NCBI GenBank assembly: GCA_965655095.1
Contig: OZ296656.1
Location: 27,838,001-27,902,000, forward strand
Direction of reading: 5' to 3'
Source: Haplodiscus bocki
Taxonomy: Eukaryota
DNA length: 64,000 nucleotides
Below, piece by piece: positions 36,563-49,443 of the stretch (its first letter is position 1; each line of letters begins with the position of its first letter). The notes beneath the pieces were generated by a model, which was given only the letters and a program-made list of their open reading frames with translations, ran no database searches and was not told where the DNA came from. The position numbers were made by a program, and so were the translations under genes.

Positions 36563-37930
36563 ATGGAATTAACAGAAGATGAAATTATACAAAAATATGC
36601 CAAAAAATGCCTACATTGTAATAGAAATATGTTGCTACCATATAAAAATGAATGGACTTGCTTCTCGTGCGGATTCAATATAAATTAACATAAACATGAA
36701 CTCTCAAAAATACAAAGAAAGAAAATCAATTTTATTATTCGATTAAAATATGAAGAAGTAAAAATATTTTCCATATGTGTAGATTTATATATCATATGAT
36801 TTATTTATATAATCATATGAAGGTGATGATTATGATGAAATATATAAAAATTTATCAACATTAAAAAATAAAAAATTAAAAATAAATAATACCTTAATCG
36901 AGATATATAAAGATATGTTAGAAAATCCTAATTTTGAACAAAATAAGTACTCAATAACTTCAAAAGGTATATAAAAAAATGGCCATGATGGTATACGGTT
37001 AATGAAATGGATTTGTTTTTATGATAGATCATACTATGAAAATATAAATTATTATGATTTGATGGGTTCTCTTTGTTATGATTTAAATGAATTATCTAAA
37101 CGGTGAATGTCACGTTGAAGTAAAGGATCATCGATATAAAATCCATCCAACTGAAAATATTATTTTACGCAAACGAGATGAACCAAAATCTCTTAGAACT
37201 CAATATAAAGTTCAGAATGAGGCTCAGATAAGAAAGAATCAGAAAGTCATCAAAAATGATAATAATGAACTAGTAGTAAAAAATTATCCCAAAAATAAAC
37301 AACCAATTATTCAACAACAAAAATTTAAACCACCCAATTGTCCATCCTGTAAACAAAATAATTGGTTAGAATTTGATAAAGGTTAATATTGCACAAATTG
37401 TGAATATATCATCAACAAACAAAAACATGAGATAGATAAAAAAGTTCTTAGACAAGATCATGATTTTTCTACTAGCTTGAATTATGCTAATAAAAAAATA
37501 AGAGAAATATATATAAATATGGCTATTACTACTTATAATTCATCAGAAGATATGATTAAAAAATTACAAAGTTTAAAAGGTAAGACAAAATTAAAATTTT
37601 ATGAAAATATAAGTAATTATCATATTGAAATGAAAAATAAAAATTTTCAAACCAATAATCAAGATCCTTTTGGCTAAAAATGCTCAAGGTATTAGTAAAA
37701 TTTATCATGAAGTATTATTGCTGATGAAATTTTTACAGACTAAGCCTGAAGTTAAGAATATGAATATTAATTATCTTGATTTATATTTTACCGTTATTAA
37801 AATTAGAGATGAAAACAAAAATATAGATAATCAATATGATAATGATGAAAATGATTATATTGATATAAACGATTTTATTGATCCTAATCATTATATTGGG
37901 ATTCAAAATCGTGAAACAATATTGAGATGA
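36563..37930 (+). pseudogene. Two disrupted hypothetical genes with CxxC pairs (starts at 36563 and 37087)
   Basis: TAAATG starts; CLHC/CFSC and CPSC/CTNC motifs; several stops and frameshifts. Confidence 0.45.
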
Positions 37931-38001
37931 GATAATGGAGAAAAATGAGATCTTGAATAAATCATTTCAAGTAATTCCTACTATATAAATAGAGACGCAA
38001 A

Positions 38002-41000
38002 ATGAGTAGCCGCAGATGTGAAGTTTGTAATGTTGATGTTCATAGATCATCTTATGCAAAACATTTAAAAAGTAAGAAACATATAGAAAATATGAAACAG
38101 AATGAAATGATTATACCGGAATGGTTGTATCAAGAACCTGTTGAAAACAAATATAATAAAATATATAATCCTAAATCATTAAAACAATTAGCACGAAATA
38201 ATATTAAATTAGATGATAAGCAATTAAATAAAGAATTAGCTAAAAAGATGCTTAATCCATATTATTTTACTGATAGAAATTTGAAAGTTGCATATAAAAT
38301 TTATTTAGATAGCCATCATATTAATCATTTAAATTCTAAAGTAACTATTACATCAATTTTCGAAAATACAGGAATAGAATTTAGATTTATTAATAAAATT
38401 ATGAGAGAGATGTCTATTATATATGCTAGATTAATAAATCAATAAATATTCAAATATCAAACTGTATTTTCAACTAGATTTGATAAGCAAGATGAAGACG
38501 GTCAATTATTAGATGAAATAGAATTATTCATTAATTTGAATATGAATTATAATATAACACAAAGCGATATTGATAATATTAATATTACATTTCCACTAGA
38601 ACGCCAGATTCAAAAACAAGAAATGAAAGATTCTGGTTGGAGATTTGATAAAATTAATTCTATGACAATATATTTTTAAGGAACTATTGAAATGAATGGT
38701 TTAAATTATACCAAAATTCCTTTGAGAACAAACGCTATCTTGAATATTGAAAATAACGATAAATATTGTTTCTTATGGTCTATATTAGCTTGGTTACATC
38801 CTTGTAATAGAAATCATCCCAACAGACTTTCAAATTACAGACAATATTTCAATGAATTGAATATTCAAGGTTTCGATTTTACTAAAGGATTTAAATGCAG
38901 CGACGTTCACAAATTTAATGAATTAAACAATTTATCTGTTAATATATTTGAATTAAATTTTTATCAAGATCAGAATTAATGGAAACATAAATTAATACCT
39001 ATTGAAGTTAGTAAAAATAATTCAGATAGAGTCATCGATTTAGCTATTTACAAAAATCATTTTGTTCTTATTAAAAAATTAGATGTATTTTTAGGTGATC
39101 ATAATAAAAAATATATTTGTAGGCAATGCTTATGTTCATATACAAGCGAAAATATGTTATTGAAACATAAAGAAAAATGTGGGGATGATAATATAACTGT
39201 TATCAAAACTTCAAATGAATCACATCTACAGTGGAAAAAACATTTTCATAAGAATCCTTTATATTTCAGAATATATGCAGATTTCGAAGCTGATAATGAA
39301 AAAGATAATTCTATTATAGGTAATAAAACAACTAATATGTATAAACAAAACCCAGTATTGAATGGTTATTATATAGTATCTGAATTGGAAGATATTTTAA
39401 AAAGTGATTATTACAAATCTCCTTTAGGATATAATAATGTTGATTGGTTTGTTGATGAGGTCATAAATTTAGAAAATAAAATGGCTTTCTATTTTAAAAA
39501 TACTAACAGAGATATCATTATGACGCAAGAAGATGAAGAAGATTATAAAAATAATAATATTTGTCGATTTTGTGAAAAATTTATTGAATCTGATAAAGTT
39601 AGAGATCATTGTCATCTAACTGGTAATTATAGAGGACCGGCTCATAGCAAATGTAATATTAATGCAACGCAAAAACAAAGTAACTTTATTCCATTCATAT
39701 TTCATAACTTTAGTAACTATGACTGTCATATGTTTTTTAAAAAGTTGGTTGATAAAAAGAAAGATAAAGTAGTTTTCGATATTATACCTAAAACAAACGA
39801 AGAGTATATATCAGTTACTTATGGTTGTATCAGATTTATTGATAGCTATCGAGTCCTATCAAGTGGCTTGGATTCATTAGTTAAGACATTAGTCGATAAT
39901 AGTCATAAAACATTAGAAAATTTGAAAAAAGAAATTGTTGATAAAGATGAAATATTAAATATTATTGATGAAATAGTAGAAGAAGATAAAACTATTAAAG
40001 ATTTAAAGAAAGATTATCCAGATAAAATTAAATTTTTAGAAGAAACGTTACTTGATTATATGGGAGAAAATGATCTCAAAATATTAAAAACAGGATTTCC
40101 TGACAAATGGAAATATTTAACAAAAAAACTAGCTTATCCATATGAATATTTTAATAGTATTGATGATTATCAAAAACCTGTTGACAATTTAAAGAAAGAA
40201 CATTTCTTCAGTAAATTGAAAAATAAATGTTCTGATGATGAAGAAATAGAAAGAACAATGGATATTATTAGGAGATTTAATATTAAAAATGGAGAAGAAT
40301 TAACACAAATATATTTAAAAAGTGATGTACTTCTGCTTGCATGTGTCTTTGAAAAATTTATAAAAGTGTCAGTTAATGAATTTGATATCAATCCACTATA
40401 TTGTGTGTCTCTGCCAGGCTATACTTGGCAGTGTGGTTTAAAGAGTACGGGAATAAATTTACAAACACTCCAAGATAAAGATATGATATTGTTATTAGAG
40501 AATAATATACGTGGTGGTATTTCATCTGTTATGGGAGATAGATATATAAAATCAAATGAAAATAAAAAGATATTATATATAGATGCGAATAATTTATATG
40601 GTCATAGTATGTCTCAACCATTACCATTCGATGAAATTAAATTTGATAATAATGTTACCTTAGAAGGTATATTAAATACTCCTGATGATAGTGATATTGG
40701 ATATTTTGTTGAAGTTGATTTGACTCATCCAAATAATATAAAAGAGAAAACAAAGAATTTTCCGTTTGCTCCTGTGAATAAAAAAATTAATCCTGATGAT
40801 TTTAATGATTATATGAAAGAAATTAGACCTAGTACGTATGTACAATCTAGTAAATTGATATGTGATTGGTCTGATAAGAAAAATTATTTGGTTCATTATA
40901 GGATGTTGAAATTCTATATTAGATATGGATTAATAGTAGATAAAGTTCATAGTGTTATCTCATTTAAACAAAGTAGATGGTTAGAAAAATATATTAGTTT

Positions 41001-41818
41001 TAATACACAAAAACGTAATAAAGCTAAAAACAATTTTGAGAAAGACTTCTATAAATTATTAAATAACGCTTTTTATGGTAAGACGATGGAAAATGTTAGA
41101 AATCGTTTGAAAATAAAATTTATTAAAAAAGATGATCATAAAGAAATAATAAAACAACAATCTAAATTGACTTTCAATGGTATTCATAAATCATAGGAAA
41201 ATTGTGATAGTTATACATTCAAGCAAAATGAATTTCATATGGATAAGCCCATATACTTGGGATTTTCCGTATTAGAATTAAGTAAATTATTGATGTATGA
41301 GACTTATTATGATATATTACAACCATATTTTGGACAAGAAAATATTCAATTACATTATATGGATACTGATAGCTTCGTATTAAGTGTAAATACAAAAGAC
41401 ATTATCAAAGATTTGAAAAATCTTGAAGATATATTTGATTTCAGTAACTTAGATAAAAATCATGAACTATTCAGTAATAAAAATAAAAATGTGATTGGTA
41501 AATTTAAAATAGAAACTCCTAAGAATATCTGGATAGATGAATTTGTGTGTCTAAGAAGTAAAATGTATGCTTTTAAATGTGGAAATGATAGTAAAAATAA
41601 ATTGAAAGGTATTTCTAAATCTCAATCAAAAAATATTAAATTTGGAGAATATATAAAATGCTTAAATGGAGAGGATTTTCAACAAGAATGTGATAATTAT
41701 ATTATAAGATCAATTAATCATGAAAAGATTCTTCAAAAAGTAAAAAAAATCTACACCTTCTATTTTCGATGATAAACGATATTATCTAAATAATATTGAA
41801 AGAAAACCATGGAATTAA
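38002..41818 (+). pseudogene. Protein-primed family B DNA polymerase (pPolB), with four in-frame stops and a C-terminal frameshift
   Basis: One frame with stops at 38443, 38677, 38977 and 41194. Motifs: ExoI IYADFE, ExoII FHNFSNYD, ExoIII YLKSDV, A YIDANNLYG, B KLLNNAFYGKT, C YMDTDS, and an embedded RDHCHLTG..AH..CN domain. Confidence 0.97.
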
Positions 41819-41887
41819 TATCAATTTCTCGAAGGTTATAATAGATATAAAGCTATAATTTTCAACGTACACTAATATTTTCACGAG

Positions 41888-42127
41888 CTATCCAAAAACA
41901 TATAACAATTTGATGTAGTTTAAGGTATGTCGACATATACTGATTTTATTAATTTTCTCAAAGAATATAATATCACCTGGTTTATATATTTTGTAAGTTA
42001 CGTATGCAGGAATATTTAATTCTATGTTATTTGGTAATGGTAAATTATTAAAATTGTTTATGTGTATATTTGTTATCATTCTACCATCTATTTCCCTATA
42101 TAAATATTTTTCTTTTAGTTTTGTCAT
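41888..42127 (-). CDS. Polinton hypothetical protein (possibly truncated)
   Basis: 79-aa ORF convergent with pPolB. Confidence 0.4.
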   Translation of the reverse strand: MTKLKEKYLYREIDGRMITNIHINNFNNLPLPNNIELNIPAYVTYKIYKPGDIIFFEKINKISICRHTLNYIKLLYVFG

Positions 42128-42263
42128 TATAATTTTTTTGATATTATGATATTCTGATAAATTTGATATTATTTTTATCTAATTCAGATGGAGATGAAAA
42201 TATTTGTAAATATCTTTCATATTTAGATAGTTTTTATATTTGAAATGATTTTTAGTTATATAA

Positions 42264-42569
42264 GTGATTGAACTAAAAGATGTTTTAGACTATATTGATA
42301 ATGGTATAACTGATAATAATAATAAAACTCACTATATATTATATATATCGATGATACATGATTTCTTTTTAATTTTAGAGGGTATCGATTTTGGTATAAG
42401 GTATGAATTATTGGAACAATCAAATCTAATAATAACAAAATTAATTGACTATGAAAATGGTTTGTTAAGAGATGATTGGTTTAAGATGAGGAATTTGATA
42501 GTTTCAAATCTTATAGAACAAAACGAAGAGCTAGATGACGATGATAGATATTTCAAATCATCATCATAA
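42264..42569 (+). CDS. Polinton hypothetical protein; start probably mutated (TATAAGTG from TATAAATG)
   Basis: 101-aa acidic ORF just inside the right hairpin. Confidence 0.5.
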   Translation: MIELKDVLDYIDNGITDNNNKTHYILYISMIHDFFLILEGIDFGIRYELLEQSNLIITKLIDYENGLLRDDWFKMRNLIVSNLIEQNEELDDDDRYFKSSS

Positions 42570-42623
42570 TCTTATAATATCAATTTTATTTCTAATTCAA
42601 CATAATCGTATCCTTAATCGTCG

Positions 42624-42913
42624 AGTAGTATACAAACAAGCATATGACATCAGTCGCAAAGGATCGCACTCGTCTAAGAAGAATTTATCCTATTCAAAAT
42701 CATAACAAACACCATACACCAGGTATGATTATAAATTATCCTATTTTTTATTGTATACATATTCTTTTATTATGTGATTATATTTTATCTTATTCGTTTA
42801 TATATACAATTATACCTGGTGTATGGTGTTTGTTATGATTTTGAATAGGATAAATTCTTCTTAGACGAGTACGTCTTGCGCGTCTGGAGTCATATGCTTG
42901 TTTGTATACTACT
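42624..42913. repeat. Right terminal hairpin (arms 42624-42726 and 42812-42913)
   Basis: 25-bp perfect stem, 19/18-nt bubble, 59-bp perfect stem, 85-nt AT-rich loop. Confidence 0.97.
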
Positions 42914-43680
42914 GATGTACATAACAAAGTAAATACAGTTTTTTAAGCAGAAATTGCTTTTTGCTTTTTTCGAGACAAAAATCATCCACAAAATTGTGGT
43001 ATCAGATATTTGAAAGTACATCAAGTCAATTGATGCTTCATCTCAAAAAACTTGGAAACATTTTTTGGCTTTCTCCGAGGTGAAATCTTCAAAACTAACA
43101 TTCGGAATACGTTATTATAATACAGCGGCGATCTTTTTCGAAGATATAGTCGACGAAAAACAGCCGATTTTCAATTTTCAAAAATATTTTACAATAAAAA
43201 CACATCGGCGCATCTCAGAATGATAACGGCGGTATCAGCGGAAATAACGGTGATCTTAGTAATATATCGGCGAATCTCAAAAAAAATTTCAACGCACGTA
43301 CTTAAGAGCTTCAGCGTCATGAAGTTACTGTTTTGCTTATTGCTGAAATTCTTGATTTCCATCAAAATTTAATGGATGCTTTTTATTTACAAGAGGTAGA
43401 CAGAAGGAATTCGAAGAATAACATTCAACACAATCACATTTCAGTCTCCAAAAGCAAATAATTAGGGGCTGACACAACGAAACAATTTTTTTCAAACGAA
43501 CTCTGAAGAGTATTGAATATAATCGAAAAGATGTTGAAAGTTGAATGTAAAAAACTCAAAAATTCATGTAGAGATGCATACATAGAGAGGAGTAGAACAA
43601 ACAAAAAGTAGAAAGATTAAGAAAGAAAGATAATGAAAGTAATGTTTTTTTATTCAAAATCCGGAAACGAGTTGTATGTC

Positions 43681-43887
43681 TGTTCTATCTTGAATCTCTC
43701 GGTTAAAGCAAAAGTATCAGATAACAACTATTCTTTTGTATGTTTTTTTTTCGTATGATAGTCTTTTAACGATTAGAGTTCAAATTAGTGTACTGTTTAC
43801 TAATATGTATCAACATTTGTCTAAATATAGTTTCTTTTTCTTTCGGTACGGTTGTGTAACCGAATGTACGGTTGTCACCGTATAACA
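43681..43887 (-). repeat. 3' LTR, preceded on the minus strand by the polypurine tract aaagaggggaa (43888-43898)
   Basis: tgttct...tataaca boundaries; aligns to 49242-49443. Confidence 0.9.
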
Positions 43888-46800
43888 TTCCCCTCTTTGT
43901 ATCCGCTACTGGTTCTCGTTGTATCCATCATTGTCCTTCGGGTCGTAATCAGATTCGATTTCTTCAGTTGTCTTTAGTCTCGGCTTGGGTGCTTCTTTTC
44001 TGGTGGGTCCTGTAAATAAGTTAAATGTTATTTTAGTGTTAGAAATATGGTACACTGCCTAAGCCGTCCGGTGGTTTGAAAATTTGATTTGATCTACGCA
44101 AGTTAGTTTTACCGTCCCTATCCTGCGTCTCACCGTTGTTGTTGATTTTATTTGTTCCGATCTATTCGGTAACAACGCTAAGGTCGGCCGTCTCCTTGTC
44201 ACCGTCTCCTTGTCAACGTCGACATGTACTGGTTTGCCTTCGCATCGGTCGTAACTTTTGAAATCATTGCCGTTGTCGTCGTCCGAGGCCACCTTCCATA
44301 CCTTCGGTCGGGATTTGGAGATTATTTTCTACCATTCGACGCGCTATCGTATTCGCCCACCACCAGTCCTCGCAGACTGTGTTTGTTTGGTGACAGGTCT
44401 TTCTTCGGTGATCTCTGAAATTCAATCTTTGTTGATATTGATCTTCGGTGAAAAATTTTTTTGTCTGCAGTACGGGCCGTATGTTCGTAACCGTCTACGG
44501 CAATTCTCGGTTGTTCTGTGCATTTCCCTTCCAGTGATTTTTTCTGTTTCCGTCTGTCAGAAAATGTGTATGGATATTAGAAATTCTCACTAACCGGCTC
44601 GATCGGTCTTTTTTTTACTGATCGGTATGATGCGCAGCTTGGGGTTCTCCCCTTCCCGGCCATAATCATAAGGTCGGTCACCTCGTCTGTTTCGTTTCGG
44701 GCCACATATATTGATATCTGTGTTGGCGGTACTGAAACCTTCAATGTTGTCCAGTCAGATAGGTAGCTCTTGTTTCCTTTGATTATATTTGTTAGTTCAG
44801 TTCTCGGTTTTCTTCCGTGATGTAGTTCGAAGGGCTCACTTTAAGTCCGGTATGTGTTGTGAATTGGATTACTCTAAATGCTCTGTTTATGCTTTCGGTT
44901 ACTCCGATCTTGTCTTCCAGATTGGAAAAAATTGGATTTTTTAGCGTTTGTATTGCGCGTTCAACCGCCCCCGTACCTGTATGTAGTCTAGGTGGGCTAT
45001 GTTCTATTACGATGTTCCGATTTTTACAAAGCAAATTGTTTTCTCTTCATGTGAACACGTTGCCCTTATCGGACTTTATTTTCTCAGTGACACGTAAAAG
45101 TTTATGAAGCTTTCTAGAAATTTCATGGTTTATTTTGCTTCGGTTGATTTACATATCCCAACTACGGGCCATTTGCTATATAGATCGGTTCCAATAAATA
45201 TGGAAGGTTCCCTGGTTACATATTTGTTGTAACTTACCGAAAAAAAAATCAATTTGTATCTCTTGGCCAGGATCGGTCAATGTCGGTAATCTGATTTTTC
45301 CGTAGATGGTAATTAGTACTTCAAAATGTTACCGGAACTGGTACATGCAGTGCATGTGCTGCACCAGTTTTTGATATCTTTCTTCATTCCGGTCCACCAG
45401 AATATGCTGCCTTCCGCAAGTATCTTTGTTGAGCCCGGATATTCGAAAGGTAGTGCGTCCACCATCAGTTTCTTCAGCTTGTCGGGAATCACAATCCTGT
45501 CCCCGGCGGATAACAAACCGAACCGTTCAGTGATTTAGCTAAAAACCAAAGAGAATTCTCCGGGAACTCTATCTTTTTAGTTGTTGCGGACCTATTTCTT
45601 CAGTTCTAATAATTTCGGAACAACCGAAGTTTTGTGTATCAGAGTTTTTATATCAATCATGAAATTAAACTCGGCTTTCTTCAAGTTTTCTTGTGCTTCT
45701 GCTCTTTTTGTTTTTGGTTTCTCGATCACATGATTGATTTGAATATATTGGATAGTCTTTTCGGTGATATCGTTGTATTTGAGGTCGACTATTGGGAAGT
45801 TCGACGAAGATTTCGCCACTTCATTTTCTTCTGTGCTGGATACTGGTTCCGTTGTGTTTTGTTCCCTTGAACTTGATTCTCCTTTATTAGAACTGGGTTT
45901 GGGTTCATTGAACTCCAATTAACTTCCGCCCTACCAGTTCGTTTCATTGATCTGGAAAAAAAGTTCGACATCAGTTTCAGCCACCTCCTCCCTTCCTCGC
46001 TTTTCTGGTCGTCGTGGGACCCACACTTTTCTGTTTAGGCTGCTATCAAATTGGAACCGAAGGTTTCCGGGTTTGGTTTACTTTGCGTTTTTCAATTAAT
46101 CAAAGGGTCTCCGTGCTTTTCTCGCGTTTGTATATATTTTTTATCACTTTCTTGTTTGCTCCCCAATGGTGATTGTCATAATTGAATTGCTTCTGCATCT
46201 TTGAATCATCAATGAGATTAACTTCCGTGTTAATTGGAGTAAGTGCTTGTGCTTGTTCACGTGTGAAATCTTTTGGATTGACATCCGAATTGAAACTCTT
46301 CGGTGAAGCAATTTCCTTGGTTGATTCTTGGATCGCTGTCAGAGTCATGTCTGTTGATTGGTCGGTTGGCCGATATTTCAGGCCCGTCTTTCAGAGTTGT
46401 CCGTATTTATGGTTTGATATAAAGAGTTCGCATAGAAAATTGATAACATTTTCTTCATCATGTGTTCCCTCGGTTGCTGTTTCTTCGGTGGGATGTCGGC
46501 TTAGGTAGTCCATTAATGATAGATTCTTTCCTGCCGTGTGTTTTATTGAATTATCAAAGTTTGCCAATTTATCAAACCATCTCGTTAATCGTGCGCTGTA
46601 TTGTCGGTATGCTCGGTGACGTTTAATCAATGATTCTGAAGCTTGGTGATCGGTATAGAGGTCAGAGATGTAATACCTTACCGTACAAATAAAAGGGAAA
46701 TTTCTCTAGTCCCCATACTATTGCGAGTGATTCCAGTTGTCCGATTGAACAGTTCTTCTCGGCGTGATTCAGATTTTGGCTGGTGAGTGCTATTGGTCGG

Positions 46801-49241
46801 ATTGTGTCGTCAATTCGTTTTTGCCATAAAGTTTTTCTGAATTCAGTTCGACTTGCGTCGGTTGACAGTACATTATCTCGGTCTCTAGCAAAACGTCCTA
46901 AGCAGGGAATTTCTGTTATTTTTTTCTTTATCTCGTTGAAATCCTTCTCTTCTTTTTCGGTCCAGTTCCTGTTCAACTTTTTGGGAGTAGTTGTCTCAGT
47001 CGGTTGGTTTTTTCCGATAGTTTATGTATAAATTCTGCAATGTAATGTATTGCTCGGAGAAATGGTTTTAATTCTTTTCAAGATGTCGTTGATTTCAATT
47101 GTAATGTAGCTTTTATCTTTTCTTTGTTCGGTTTTATTCTGTGCTCAGCTATCTCGAGTCCCAGCCAATTGGTTTCTTCGAGAAGAACTTCGGGTTTCTT
47201 TTTGCTTGCCCTGTATCCGGCTTCTTGGAGTTGTTTCAGTGTTCTGAACTCTTTTTCTCGGTGTTTATCTTTCTGCCGCCTTGCTACTATTAATATATCG
47301 TCTAGCCACGAGGTGTTTCATAATTCAATGTTCCGTCTTTTTTTTCTCGGTATACTATCGATATATCTGATGAACCGTAGAATCTTTTTTTTTTCAATCT
47401 ATAATATCCATTCATATTTCCTCCTGTTATTGCAAAGTTGCACTGTTTGCTTGTTTCTTTGGAGAGTTTTAAGTCACCATACGCATCTTCGAGATACATT
47501 TTCGATATCTATAGTGGGTCGTTCAGTGCCCGTGTTTTTTCGGTAGATATCTGGTTCAATGGTTCCTCCATGTTTGGCATATGTGGTCTCATTTTTGTGC
47601 AGTTATCAAATATTTTTCTTGCGTCTAACGCCTTTTCAACTGATTTGTCCTTTGTCACGGTGAAAATTTCCGGAGAGAGGAAACATATTTCGTCTACTTT
47701 TTGTACTTTCTCTAAATGTCCGGGTTTGATTACTTTGTTGATTTGTTTTTGGTAAATTGTATAGTATTGGTGTAGCTTTCTGTTTTTTTTTCAGTATATG
47801 TCCCGGCTTTAATTGTATTTTAATCTCGGGATCTTTGTTTGTTTCGTTTCTCTGGAATTGTTTTTCAAATTGGGCAATTATTTCGTCTATTTTTGATTGG
47901 TCGTTTGGTGTTGTCGACTTTTCGACATGTAGTATCGTCCAAATAAATTCCCGTAGCCAATCCATACCGAATAATGGTTTGATATATTCTCGGTCGGCAA
48001 TGATCATGGATAGATTCTTTCTAATTTCTTTACTCTCGGGTTCTACCGTAACTTTTCCGGTGAATTTAACTTCCCTTCTATTATTGTCCTGATATTTTCT
48101 TGTTACCGGTATAGTTTTTTTTGCCTTTGATGATTTCTTTGTCCGGTGGAATCATTGTGACCGTTAATCCTGTGTTAACAATGAATTCTTTCTTGGTGCT
48201 GCCAATTCTTGTTATCACAGTAATGCAATTTCTCCAATAAGATATATGTTTTATTTCGGTTTTTTGATTGGCCTGTCGGTATGCGTTTCTTCCATCTCTA
48301 CAGTTTCCATCAGTTCTTTAATTTCTTGTCGTTTTTTTGTTCAAATCTGCATGCTTTCGCAAAGTGGCTTTTCATTTTACATTTGTGGCGTTATGCATCG
48401 CAGGCAGGGCATTTGTGATTTGGATTCCAATTTGGGGCGTCACAATATCTGCAATTTTGGTCTTTGTGTCTCTTTTTTGACTTTGTCCCGTATTGGCCTG
48501 CGTATGTTATTTTATGTATAGGCTCTTCTTTGATGCTTTGATGTCTTTTTCCCGATTGGATATTAGAGCCTCGGGTATGGTATTCTTTTTTTCTTTCAGT
48601 CATATGTATTTTTTTGCATATGTTCGACTACGTTCGGTACATCTTAGTCTTTTTCATTCATCAGTTTGTCCCGTAATTTTTTGTCGATGATTGTTGTCAT
48701 AAATTTTGATACAAGCAGTTCAATGCTGAATTCTGGAAAATCGTATTCTTTTTCTAGTTCGAGTATTTTCTCCCAGTGGTCTTCCGGTATCTCCTTATCT
48801 GTTTGTTTTGTCCAAAATTATCTCCTTTTGAGTTCTGTTTGTTTCTTTTCGGTAAGTAGTATCTGTTATATAGTATTATTCATTTGTCTATTTTGATTTC
48901 GTGTGGGTTGTTTCATTCTTTGAATCTTGTTATTTGGTGCGTCGCTTCGCGTCCCGATGCTCACAAGAAATTCTGTTGTAGTTTTTCCTGTTTAATGTTC
49001 CATTCGTCGGTTCCGGTCATTTTTTCTTCTTTAATTAATGGTCCAATATCGATTTCATATTGGCGTTTTGTGTATTGTTCAAACCGGTCTATCCATTGTC
49101 AGTAGTTATAAGTTTTTTGTTCATCGAGTCCTTTCTCGTCCACGTATGATAAATTTCTTCGGTCGTCTGTCATGTGTTCTCGGTGTGGTAATCAATTTAT
49201 TACGGTAAAAGTTGTAGTGGTAAGTTATGCTGAATGCGCCA

Positions 49242-49443
49242 TGTTCCATCCTTAATCTCTCGGTTAAAACACAGGTATCAGTTAACAATCATTCTTTTTC
49301 ATGGTTATTTCGTATAATAGTTCTTTGACGATTAGAGTTTAAAGTAGTGTATTGTTTACTAATATGTATCAACATTTGTCTAAATATAGTTTCTTTTTTG
49401 GGGACGGTTGTGTAACCGAATGTACGGTTGTCACCGTATAACA
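49242..49443 (-). repeat. 5' (chimeric/shared) LTR, followed on the minus strand by PBS TGGCGCATTCAGC (49229-49241, tRNA-Ser-like)
   Basis: tgttcc...tataaca boundaries. It has a PBS on one side and also a PPT on the other side. Confidence 0.88.

Larger units (their letters stand above)
23865..42913 (+). mobile_element. Polinton/Maverick (adintovirus-like endogenous virus), full length, 19,049 bp, partly decayed
   Basis: Starts AGTAGT and ends ACTACT. Perfect 6-bp TSD GATGTA (23859-23864 and 42914-42919). Markedly more AT-rich than the flanks. Densely packed intronless ORFs include pPolB, RVE integrase, A32-like ATPase, capsid proteins and a cysteine protease. Confidence 0.97.
23467..43298. 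mobile_element. Possible MITE-like element (~0.8 kb) split by the Polinton insertion (parts 23467-23864 and 42914-43298)
   Basis: TA-flanked imperfect TIRs: cccgggtcgaaatttt on the left vs cgtgcgttgaaatttt (reverse complement of the right end). Short aaa..cgg..-type subrepeats occur in both halves. Confidence 0.35.
43681..49443 (-). mobile_element. Ty3/Gypsy LTR retrotransposon, heavily decayed
   Basis: Two ~205-bp TG..CA LTRs, a PBS and a PPT. Minus-strand fragments in Gypsy order: gag knuckle (CRYCDAPNWNPNHKC), protease (FIVNTG), RT (WLDD at ~47300), RNase H (TDAS..LAIVWGLEKF), integrase (WWTGMKKDI..C..C; GAVERAIQTLK). Confidence 0.92.

Noticed and set aside
39562-39657. Endonuclease VII-like CxxC..RDHCHLTG..H..CN insert inside pPolB
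   Set aside because: A known feature of one major Polinton polymerase group, so useful for classification but not novel.
38002-41818. In-frame TAA/TAG codons in pPolB and other genes as a sign of an alternative genetic code or readthrough
   Set aside because: The stops seem to replace different residues (Tyr-like and Lys-like positions). They co-occur with frameshifts and a catalytic D-to-N change in the integrase, and TAA ends intact genes. Ordinary decay explains them.
42644-42838. 64-aa ORF in the right hairpin (and 23733-23942 at the left end)
   Set aside because: These overlap the inverted-repeat structure or cross the element boundary, so they are likely incidental.
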